From positions 256,001 to 320,000 of the forward strand of contig OZ253564.1 in assembly GCA_965262915.1 (NCBI GenBank): a stretch of 64,000 nt of DNA, in the 5' to 3' direction. The notes beneath the pieces are model-generated. The model was not told the origin of the DNA. It saw only the letters and a list, made by a program, of their open reading frames with translations, and made no database searches. The stretch comes from Candidatus Spongiisociaceae bacterium (GTDB lineage: Bacteria; Actinomycetota; Acidimicrobiia; Spongiisociales; Spongiisociaceae). The position numbers and the translations under genes were made by a program. Positions 31,322-40,216 of this stretch are shown here, in pieces (the first letter of the stretch is position 1; each line of letters begins with the position of its first letter).

Positions 31322-32542
31322 TCAAGCTGCGGCTCGGTCGAGCATGGTTCGGTGTGCCCAGGCGGTGTGTTCGTCGTAGGGGGTTCGGTGTTTGAGGCAG
31401 CCGTGGAGGATGCCGACGAGCCGGTTGGCGAGGGCTCGTAGTGCTTGGTGGTGGAGGTCGCCGGCTGCTTTTCGTTGGTCGTAGAAGGCTCGCGCTCCTG
31501 GACTGTTGTTGAGGGAACAGAATGCCCATTGGTCGAGAGCGTCGTAGAGTCGCCGGTTGCGGACCTGGCGGGCAACGACGGCGTGTTTGCGGCCTGATGC
31601 GATGGTGACGGGCGACGTGCCGGCGTAGTTTCTGCGAGACTTGGCGCTGGTGTAGCGGTGGGGGTCATCCCCGAACTCACCGAGCGCCCGGGCGCCGAGC
31701 ACGGTACCGAGTCCTGGCTGGGAGTGGTAGATGACGGCGTCCGGGTGTTCTTCAAAATGGGTCTCGAGGGTTTCTTCGAGGTCGGCGATCTGGCGGTTGG
31801 TTTCCGCGATGATCTTGACCAGCGAAGCAACGATCGTCCCGAAGGCGTCCGCGACCGGCCCGGGTGCGGTGAGGTGGGCACCTCTGAGGCCTTTCTGTAT
31901 GCGGTGGGCAACCTTGTCGAGGTTGCGTTTCCGTCCGCCTCTCTGTACCGCTGCTCTGATCTGGGGAAGTGTCAGGCGGGCGCCCCGGGTGGGGGTGGGT
32001 GCCCGACCGAGTATGGCTAGGGCGTCGCGATGGGCCAGGTCATCGAACGTTTCCAGGGCTGCAGGGTAGTACTCGCGCAGCGCGTTGCGCATCTGGTTGG
32101 TGTGGCGGGTCCGCGCCCAGATCAGGTTCTGATGGGCACGGGCCATGATCTTGATGCCGTCCGCGTCTGGGCTGTCCCCGGCTACCGGACGGTGGTTGTG
32201 ACGGTCGGTTCGTACCAGATCGGCTAACACCTTGGCGTCTCCTCGGTCTGATTTGGCTCCACCCTGGCGGTGACGGTCCCGGTAACGGGAAACTGCCATC
32301 GGGTTGATCGCATACACCTGATAACCCGCCCCGACCAGAGCACCGACCCACAGACCACGGTCGGTCTCGATCCCTACCACCACCTCGGCCGCATCCGATG
32401 CGTGTTTGGCGACCATCTCGTGCAAGCGGGCCACACCCGCCAGGCCCTCCGGTAGACGGGAGAACCCCAGGCGGGCTCCCTCCTCGTCCAGCAGATACAC
32501 ATCGTGATGTCCCTCAGCCCAGTCGTTACCCACAAAGATCAT
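31322..32542 (-). CDS. IS110 recombinase, clade B
   Basis: GNDWA, GIETD, KSDRGDA, ASG. Confidence 0.95.
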   Translation of the reverse strand: MIFVGNDWAEGHHDVYLLDEEGARLGFSRLPEGLAGVARLHEMVAKHASDAAEVVVGIETDRGLWVGALVGAGYQVYAINPMAVSRYRDRHRQGGAKSDRGDAKVLADLVRTDRHNHRPVAGDSPDADGIKIMARAHQNLIWARTRHTNQMRNALREYYPAALETFDDLAHRDALAILGRAPTPTRGARLTLPQIRAAVQRGGRKRNLDKVAHRIQKGLRGAHLTAPGPVADAFGTIVASLVKIIAETNRQIADLEETLETHFEEHPDAVIYHSQPGLGTVLGARALGEFGDDPHRYTSAKSRRNYAGTSPVTIASGRKHAVVARQVRNRRLYDALDQWAFCSLNNSPGARAFYDQRKAAGDLHHQALRALANRLVGILHGCLKHRTPYDEHTAWAHRTMLDRAAA

Positions 32543-32589
32543 CCTTCGCCCCTTCCTTGCGCGGGTCCACTCTCTGCTGAGCTGTGGAG

Positions 32590-32770
32590 AACGCCTGGCG
32601 GCGACCTAGCAGATCAGTGCTCTGTGGCACGCCACCCCCTCAGCGCTACAAGCAGCCCTCACTCACCGGCCGGGGCACGATCTATCAGCAGGAATCAACG
32701 TTCCAGGAGCCTGGAGTACTCACCGGCCAGCCAGCTCAACCACCACACCCTCCCAGAAACACCGGCAGAA
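32590..32770 (-). ncRNA. Predicted bridge RNA of B1
   Basis: Minus-strand guides AGGCTCCT (32705-32712) and TGATAG (32682-32687) match the insertion site AGGCTCCTATCA; RNA ends approximate. Confidence 0.75.
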
Positions 32771-32882
32771 GTGGTGGACCCCCATTAGGAGCCTTGTGGA
32801 AGGTCCGCACCGTGAGTGTACTGTCCGCCGCTTCTTGCCAGGAACCCGTTTTGGTAAACGGTAGTCCACGGGGAGGTGGTTC

Positions 32883-34112
32883 ATGTCGGAGGATCGGGTT
32901 GATGTTTTCGGTGGGGTTGACACCCATCGGGACACGCATGTCGCGGCGGTGGTCGATGGCGTCGGTCGGGTGGTCGGCTCCGAGCCGTTCGGGGCCGACC
33001 ACACCGGATATAGGCGGATGGCGGCGTGGATGCAAGCGAAGGGGCAGCTGGTCCGAGTCGGGGTGGAAGGAACGGGTAGCTACGGCGCGGGGCTCGCCCG
33101 TTACCTGACCGAGGCGAACATCGAGGTGGTCGAGGTCATGCGTCCCAACCGGCAACTACGCCGCCGGAAGGGCGGCAAGACCGACAGCGTCGACGCCGAG
33201 GCGGCAGCCCGGGCGGCCGCCTCAGGTGAAGCAACCGCAGTTCCCAAATCCGGTGTGGGACCGGTCGAGTGTCTCCGGATGCTGCTGGCCGCCCGCCGCT
33301 CCGCGACCAAGGCCCGCACCCAGGCCGCCAACCAGATCCACGCCCTGGTGGTCACCGCCCCAGAGCCGATAAGACACCAACTGGCGGGCAAGAAACTCAG
33401 AGCACAGGTCAAGGTGTGCGCCCGCTGGCGTCCCGGCGAAGCACAGACCACCGTCGCGTACGCGAAAAGGGCGCTGCGCCACCTGGCCCGCCGATACCAG
33501 ACCCTCGAGGTCGAGATCACACAACTCAAGCGCGAGATCAGAGGTCTATGCGCCCAGGCCAACCCGGCGCTGCTGGGCGCCCCAGGCGTCGGCCCTGACA
33601 CAGCCGCCGCGCTGCTGGTCGCTGCCGGCGACAACCACGGGCGAATGAAATCGGAAAGGTCGTTCGCAGCGTTATGCGGATCCAGCCCCGTGCAGGCATC
33701 ATCAGGCCAGACAGTGCGGCATCGTCTCAACCGGGGAGGCAACCGCAAAGCCAACAACGCTCTGTGGCGGATAGCCACCACCCGGATACACAACGATGCC
33801 CGCACCCAAGCCTATGTAGCCAAACGAGAAACCGAAGGCAAGAACCGCAAAGAGATCATCCGCTGCCTCAAGCGGCACATCGCCCGAGAAATCTACCGGC
33901 TCATCACCAACCCGCCCCCAACCCCGGACTACACCCGCCTGCGCGCCCTACGCCAACAAGGAGGCATCACCATCACCCAGGCCGCCGAAGAACTCCGAAC
34001 CCGCCCGGCCCGTATCTCAGAACTAGAACTCGGCCGCAACCACAACCACCAGCTAGCAACCCAATACCAGAGGTGGCTCCGAACCCGCCAACCGGCCCCG
34101 TCCCCGATTTGA
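32883..34112 (+). CDS. IS110 recombinase, clade A, with C-terminal HTH
   Basis: Same motifs as 18608-19837; same 409 aa length. Confidence 0.93.
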   Translation: MSEDRVDVFGGVDTHRDTHVAAVVDGVGRVVGSEPFGADHTGYRRMAAWMQAKGQLVRVGVEGTGSYGAGLARYLTEANIEVVEVMRPNRQLRRRKGGKTDSVDAEAAARAAASGEATAVPKSGVGPVECLRMLLAARRSATKARTQAANQIHALVVTAPEPIRHQLAGKKLRAQVKVCARWRPGEAQTTVAYAKRALRHLARRYQTLEVEITQLKREIRGLCAQANPALLGAPGVGPDTAAALLVAAGDNHGRMKSERSFAALCGSSPVQASSGQTVRHRLNRGGNRKANNALWRIATTRIHNDARTQAYVAKRETEGKNRKEIIRCLKRHIAREIYRLITNPPPTPDYTRLRALRQQGGITITQAAEELRTRPARISELELGRNHNHQLATQYQRWLRTRQPAPSPI

Positions 34113-34127
34113 CAACCATAGGAGCAT

Positions 34128-35608
34128 CCCCAGGCGCGTAATTGTCAAGCTGCGGCTTGGTTGATGGTGGTTCGGTGTGCCCAGGCGGTGTGTTCGTTGT
34201 GGGGGGTTTGGTGTTTGAGGCAGCCGTGGAGGATGCCTACGAGTCGGTTGGCTAGGGCTCGTAGTGCTTGGTGGTGGAGGTCGCCTGCTGCTCGTTTCTG
34301 GTCGTAGAAGGCTCGGGCTCCTGGGCTTGGGGTTAGGGAACAGAACGCCCATTGGTCCAGGGCGTTGGGGAGACGCCGCTTTTCGGACGTGGCGGGCGAC
34401 GACGGCGTGTTTGCGGCCTGACGCGATGGTGATGGGCGACGTTCCGGCGTAGTTTCTGCGAGACTTGGCGCTGGTGTAACGGTGGGGGTCGAACCTCGAA
34501 CTCACCGAGCGCCCGGGCGCCGAGCACAGTACCGAGTCCTGGCTGGGAGAGGTAGATCACGGCGTCCGGGTGCTGCTCAAAACGGGTCTGGAGGGTCGCT
34601 TCGAGTTCGGTGATCTGGCGGTTGGTTTCCACAATGATCCTCACCAATGACGCGACCGTCGCCCCGTAGGCGTCCTCGACCCGCCCAGCTGCTCTGAGAT
34701 GGGCGCCTCGTAAACCCGCTTGGATACGGCGGGCGGTCGCATCGAGGTTGCGTTGCCGTCCACCTCTTTTGAGCGCAGCCCGGATCTGGGTGATGGTCAG
34801 GCGGGCCCCTGTGCTGGGGGTGGGTGCCCGACCCAACACGGCTAGGATGTCGCGATCTGCCAGGTCCCCGAAGGTTTCAAGGGCTGCCGGATAGTATTCA
34901 CGTAGCGCGTTGCGGACCCCGTTGGTGTGGCGCACCCGAGCCCAGATCAGGTTCTGATGCGCTCGTGCTGTGATCTTGATGCCTTCCGCCCCGGGGCTGT
35001 CGCCAGCCACTGGACGATGATTGTGACGGTCGGTGCGTACCAGATCCGCTAACACCTTGGCGTCCCCGCGGTCGGACTTGGCTCCGCCCAGGCTGTGACG
35101 GTCCCGGTAACGGGACACCGCCACCGGATTGATTGCATACACCCGATAGCCGGCTGCGACCAGCGCGGCGACCCAAAGGCCGCGATCGGTTTCGATCCCT
35201 ACCACCACCTCTCCAGCATCCGATACGTGCTTGGCGACCATCTCATGCAACCTGGCTACACCTTCCAGGCCTTCTGGTAGACGCCGGGCAGCAAGTTTGG
35301 TTCCACCCTCGTCCATCAGACACACATCGTGATGTGCCTCAGCCCAGTCATCTCCCACAAAGATCATCCCTTATCCTCCCTTGCTCGGGCCTGCTCTTGC
35401 TGAGCTGTGGAGGAAACGCCTGGCGGCGACCTAGCAGATCAGTGCTCTGTGGCACGCCACCCCCTCAGCGCTACAAGCGGCCTCACCAACCGGCCGGGGT
35501 ACGATCTATGTTCAGGAATCAGCGTTCCAGGAGCATTCGGTACTCACCGGCCGGCAGCTCAACCACCACACCCTCCCAGAAACACCAGAAGAAGTGGTGG
35601 ACCCACAT
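34128..35608 (-). mobile_element. IS110 clade B, copy B2; recombinase 34145-35367 frameshifted near 34490
   Basis: Homologous to B1; left junction CCCACATTAGGAGCAT; last bases of its right end stranded at 31115-31117. Confidence 0.88.
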
Positions 35609-36086
35609 TAGGAGCATCCGGGGCGGTTCATTCATGTGAGGTGGTCTGCGTTGCCCAGGGTCGAGGCCGCCATCGCCTAGGCTCGGCCCTACCGGGACTG
35701 CGGGTTTCGGGTCCGGCATCCAGTACTACCCATGGGCGTTCGCGATGGCGCAAAACGCCAGGTCAAAGGGAAGCGTGCGCGGAATCATGCGCGCATGGGT
35801 CGAAACGCGCACGCCCCGCGGCTGCGTTTGGGTCTGCATTGACCGAGCAGGCGTTCGGCGGCCTTGTCGAATCCAAAGGGAGGTCACTTTTTGAAACAGC
35901 GGGGCGGGGGCGGCAAGGCAAATGATATCTCACCTTGAACAATACTTTGTTTAATTACGTATTTGTAATTACAAAAATGTATGGTTGCGCACAGAAGATA
36001 GTCTCGACTAAACTCTAGCCCAAAGAGATCGGAGACTTGACATATCCTGATACCTGTGCTATTAGAAGGAGAGGAGGTGCCCGCCG

Positions 36087-36329
36087 ATGTCGGAAAAATC
36101 AGAAGCACATCGTAATTACGAAGTTTTCGCCAGACTGTTGCCTGACTTGGCGGAGACCCATGCTGATAAGTGCGCTCTGTTGCACGATGGTGAGTTGGTC
36201 GAGATTTTTGATACCAACGCTGATGCACGATTTGCAGGGAGGACACGATTCGGCAGAGGTAAATTCTCGGTACAACGGATAACTGCTCGTCCGGCTGACC
36301 TGGGATGGTTCTCCCATGTATCGGCATAG
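36087..36329 (+). CDS. Small hypothetical protein (DUF5678-like) paired with an aspartyl protease
   Basis: GAGGAGG RBS; LLPDLAETHADKCALLHDGELV; overlaps next gene. Confidence 0.6.
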   Translation: MSEKSEAHRNYEVFARLLPDLAETHADKCALLHDGELVEIFDTNADARFAGRTRFGRGKFSVQRITARPADLGWFSHVSA

Positions 36330-36726
36330 CGGGACGTGGACGGAACGAGACGGCGCTATTATAGAGGTAGGACTCTTCGTCGGGGAATGGAGGGCCTTCG
36401 AGGATATACCCCGATTCCAGGCGATGATTGATACAGGGGCCGAGGAAACCTGCATCTCGAGAACAGCAGCCGCCTTGCTGGGGATACGCGACGAACCGAT
36501 AAGCATTCGTCGCGTATCCACGCCCGGCGGAGCGGCCGAACTCAATGTCTACGAAGTCAATCTGGTGTTTTTCTTAGACCCGTCATATCTCCAAATGCGC
36601 GAACAGGAAGTGGTAGAAACCAAATCTGACGCGGATCAGTGGGATGTCCTGCTAGGGCGGGATATCCTCAAGGACGCGATCTTCTTTATGGACTTTTCCG
36701 GTCGATTCACCCTTGCCTATGCCTGA
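36316..36726 (+). CDS. Retropepsin-like aspartyl protease
   Basis: AMIDTGAEETCIS and DVLLGRDIL. Confidence 0.85.
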   Translation: MYRHSGTWTERDGAIIEVGLFVGEWRAFEDIPRFQAMIDTGAEETCISRTAAALLGIRDEPISIRRVSTPGGAAELNVYEVNLVFFLDPSYLQMREQEVVETKSDADQWDVLLGRDILKDAIFFMDFSGRFTLAYA

Positions 36727-37105
36727 GTCTTCGTCTGACCCTAGGTCTAATTCGCGACGTAGTTCCCTGCGACTTGGCCCGAGCCCAGGGGAGCAACCCA
36801 GCAACAGTTGGGCGAGCGGATGGGCATCTCTCCCCAGGCAGTCCATCACTACTGGACATCCCGGTAGCACCCAGCCTGTTGCCCTGCTGGGTGGCTCTGA
36901 TGTGTGATGATCGGAACTGGTTGTTCACCTGGGGTCGGCAGCGCTCAGCCAGCCTATTACTGAGATAGCCCCCTGTGGGGTGTGATATCATCGCGGTGGT
37001 TGGATGCCAGCAGACCGCCTAGTCTTCCGATGACGATTCTGCTCACCGCCACCGACTTTCCAACCGCAGACTGTGACCGTTGATAAGCGGCTCTTCGGAA
37101 ATGAG

Positions 37106-37303
37106 ATGCTTCTATGTGTCTATCAGGTCACATCCGCTTCGAAGCCGAACCCCGCCCCGGACCGGGGGACAGGCCGACAGATCCCCAGCAAGGCAACACA
37201 CGCGCCGGTGTCTAGTCGGGTCAGACCCGCCCCCCGGTCACAGGGGACCACCCCGATCATCGCAGCAGCCCCCAAGAAAACAGGGCACCCTCCAGTATGA
37301 GTG
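37106..37303 (-). mobile_element. 198-bp transposase-less clade A IS110 derivative next to a 17-bp ISL3 IRL stub (37089-37105)
   Basis: Reverse complement of 31118-31305, then TAGAAGCAT (right-end-like). Confidence 0.8.
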
Positions 37304-37419
37304 ATTTTCGCTGGTCGCCATCAGGGACTCTGGTCGTGGGCGGCGCCCCGGTGCTGGTGTGAGCCGCAGTCGGCGCCGCGGCGGCAGTGGTGGGCGCCGC
37401 GGCCGTTCTGGCCGGTCGA

Positions 37420-40200
37420 TCACAAATGGGTGACGTTGTATTCGATTCCGAGCTGGCGTAGGCCTTCTTTGACAGTCAGGTCGAGAGTGTTTTGCTTGAT
37501 GCCCTCGGGGTGGGAGGCGTTGATGGTGAGGGTGACTGTGACGGAGGCTCCGGTGGCTACAAGCGGTGAGACGGCAACCTTGACGACGTCGCGGATCCTG
37601 TCGGCGGGGACCTGGCTTGCGGTGACGACCACGCTGGTTGGGTCACCAGTCGGGTGAGTCTCTTCATGGTCGCTGGGGTGTGTGCTCTTTGATCCGGCGT
37701 GAGTTTCTGTGGTGGTGGAGGTCTCGCTGTTGGAACTTGGCTGGTCTTTAGGTGTGTGGTCGCGGATCAATTTGGTGATGGCGGCGGCTCGAACTAGCCA
37801 GGTGCCGAGTTGGAACTGGATCTCTGAGGGGTCGATGTCGGTGTTGAAGCGACGCACGGCGTCTGCTGCGTACCAGGTGGCTCCTGATGCGAGCCCGAAG
37901 ATGCCGTTGGTGGCGCCGCGGGCGAGGCAGTCTCTGAGCACGTCGGTGCTGGCGAGTTTGGGCAGGCGAGGCAGGCGGTAGAAGTAACTGAGCAGTTTGT
38001 GCAGCTCGACGGCTTCGTTGTCGGGGCCGATCAGGCCGTAGCGTTCCGATAGCAGCGCGGCCGGCGCCAGCTTAGCGAGCGCCAGCCGTTGGCCGGTGGT
38101 GAGGTGTTCGATGACGCGCTTGGTGATCGTGTCGCTGCCTCGGGCGGGGCCGAGATCGACAAGGTTGAAGCGGATGCCGCCGTTGCCGTTGGGGCCGAGT
38201 GTTGCCAGGTGCCGGTAGGCCATGACGACGAGTCGTGGGAGGCTGGCTTCGGCGTCTCTGAGACGCGCCGCGAGCTGTTCCTTCTGTTCTTGGTTGAACC
38301 GCTTGAGCCGCGTGTGGTCGTTGGTGATGTCTCTCATGGCGGCGAGAGTGCGGGCGGTCTGACGCGCCCTGGATATGCCGACGCTGTCGGCGGCGACGAC
38401 GACTAGAGCGTTCTTGTTGACTCGGGCAGAACTGCCCCGGTTGTTGAGGATCTCTTCGGCGGACGCGCGCCCGTCTCCGTCGATGGCTAGTTCTGCGCTG
38501 AGAATGGCCAGAGTGAGGCGGGGTTCGTCCGCGACGTCCATCGTCTCCGCGACATTCGTGTTGACGCGAAACGGCTCCAGCGTGGGAGCCGCGACAGCGG
38601 TGGCTTCTCGGAACAGTTGCAGGATGCGGCCGTCACTGACGGCTCCTTCCCGCTCGACTATGACCTTGTTGAGGTTCGGTTCGGTTGTGAACCGGTAGCG
38701 GTCGCCTTCTTGGCGCATGTACCAAAGCGACCCGGCGAGCGCGTCGCGCACGTCTTCGATGATGCCCCGCGAGAGACCCGGCCGGCCGACGCCGATGAGC
38801 ATTTGAGCTGCGGAGGCTCCTAGGACCCGGTCGGAGCCGAAGCTGTGCAGGAACGCCGACGTGGCGAGCCCTACCGCAGCGCGGTGCCGAGCAATGTCGC
38901 CTCCGCGTCGGCGGTCCTCTTCGACAGCTTTGGAGTCGCCTCGGATGATGTCGGCGTTCAGCGCCGACTTGTAGGACTCCCCGGCGAAGCGGATGATCTC
39001 GGCCCGCACACCGGCGTCGTCGAGGGGCACGTCGCCGCAGCAGATGAGCGTTCCGGCGTGTTGGCGCAGCGTCAGGGCCTTCACGGTGTGAGCCAGCGTC
39101 CGGAGCGCCCCGCGGGTTCGCTGGAAACCCGACAGCGACCCCCAGCGGTTGGTCAGGATGTCGATCAGTTCGGGATGGAAGGGGTAGGAACTGACGATTC
39201 GGCTCCTGTAGGCGGGGTCGCGGTAGGACTGTGGCACAACGTCGCCCAGCTGTTCGTAGTAGGCGCCGTAGGCGTCGGCCACGGCCTGCCGCTCCGCTAG
39301 TTCACCGACTGCCTCGAACAGACGCGTGTGCAGGATCGGGAAGATGTCGTCGCCCTCGACGGGAGTGACGATGTTCTCGGTGCGTCCCACCACTTTGGAG
39401 AGCCGCTCGAACATCTCTTCTCCGGAGAGGGACGAGTAGTCCTCAAGCCGTGACGAGGTCAGGGTGGCCACGATCGCCGCACCGGGAACGTTCGCGGCGG
39501 CCGTGCAGAGTTCCTTGATGACGGTGAGGGTGGTTCCGGCCAGGTTCCCGTCGCCGACTCTCACCGACAGCGCCTTGTTGAGGTACTCGAGGGTCTCGTC
39601 GAGCAGAACGAGGCACGGCGCGGAGTTCTGTAGCAGCCGCACGATCTCAGGGGTGGAAGTCCCGAGCAGCCTCTCGTCTTGGTCGCGTATCTGGGCGTGC
39701 GCCGAGGAGCCGCCAAGCTGCCACGCCAGATGCCCGAGCAGCGAGTGAACCCGCGTTCCGTCGGGCATCTGTTCTGGAGTGACGCCGAGAGCGGAGCCGT
39801 CGAGCACAGCCACATTCGCCTTTGGGAGCGTCGCGGCCTTGAGTGCGCCGACGACTTGTCGGCCCAGCGGCGTGCGGGCCACCTGGTGCGGATCGCGGAA
39901 GAGGTGGTAGGCCGCGAGGAGAGTGTGGGTCTTGCCTCCCCCGAACTCGGTCTGCATCCGGTGAACCGCAGCAGACGAGGTGTCGCCGGCGAGGCGGTTG
40001 CCGATCTCGACGAGAGCGGCCTGCAGGGGCTCTGTGAGGTAGGTTTTGTCTGCGAAGATCTTGGGGTCGAGATAGTCCTTGGGGCCTAGGCCGCGGGCGG
40101 CGAGTCCCAGGTCGGCGGCGAATAGCGACTCGTCGAAGGAGCCGTCGCTGATGTCGGTGTGCGGCCGGGCGACTTCAAGCCATGGTCTCAGGTCGGTCAT
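37420..40200 (-). CDS. DUF499 AAA+ ATPase
   Basis: FAADL, QTEFGGGKTHTLL, LLDE, SYPFHPEL, FQRTRGALR, EPNLN. Confidence 0.92.
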   Translation of the reverse strand: MTDLRPWLEVARPHTDISDGSFDESLFAADLGLAARGLGPKDYLDPKIFADKTYLTEPLQAALVEIGNRLAGDTSSAAVHRMQTEFGGGKTHTLLAAYHLFRDPHQVARTPLGRQVVGALKAATLPKANVAVLDGSALGVTPEQMPDGTRVHSLLGHLAWQLGGSSAHAQIRDQDERLLGTSTPEIVRLLQNSAPCLVLLDETLEYLNKALSVRVGDGNLAGTTLTVIKELCTAAANVPGAAIVATLTSSRLEDYSSLSGEEMFERLSKVVGRTENIVTPVEGDDIFPILHTRLFEAVGELAERQAVADAYGAYYEQLGDVVPQSYRDPAYRSRIVSSYPFHPELIDILTNRWGSLSGFQRTRGALRTLAHTVKALTLRQHAGTLICCGDVPLDDAGVRAEIIRFAGESYKSALNADIIRGDSKAVEEDRRRGGDIARHRAAVGLATSAFLHSFGSDRVLGASAAQMLIGVGRPGLSRGIIEDVRDALAGSLWYMRQEGDRYRFTTEPNLNKVIVEREGAVSDGRILQLFREATAVAAPTLEPFRVNTNVAETMDVADEPRLTLAILSAELAIDGDGRASAEEILNNRGSSARVNKNALVVVAADSVGISRARQTARTLAAMRDITNDHTRLKRFNQEQKEQLAARLRDAEASLPRLVVMAYRHLATLGPNGNGGIRFNLVDLGPARGSDTITKRVIEHLTTGQRLALAKLAPAALLSERYGLIGPDNEAVELHKLLSYFYRLPRLPKLASTDVLRDCLARGATNGIFGLASGATWYAADAVRRFNTDIDPSEIQFQLGTWLVRAAAITKLIRDHTPKDQPSSNSETSTTTETHAGSKSTHPSDHEETHPTGDPTSVVVTASQVPADRIRDVVKVAVSPLVATGASVTVTLTINASHPEGIKQNTLDLTVKEGLRQLGIEYNVTHL

Positions 40201-40216
40201 GGGTCGGGCGCCTTCC

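Larger units (their letters stand above)
31302..32785 (-). mobile_element. IS110 clade B, copy B1 (intact), inside the bridge-RNA region of A2
   Basis: TAG on both sides (31299-31301, 32786-32788); removing it restores GATAGGAGCC, homologous to TATAGGAGCT of A1. Confidence 0.9.
31118..34127 (+). mobile_element. IS110 clade A, copy A2, inserted in the end of B2 and itself interrupted by B1
   Basis: CACTCATACT at 31118, TTGACAACCATAGGAGCAT at 34109-34127; flanks rejoin to TAGACACCCCAGG, the clade-B end. Confidence 0.9.
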
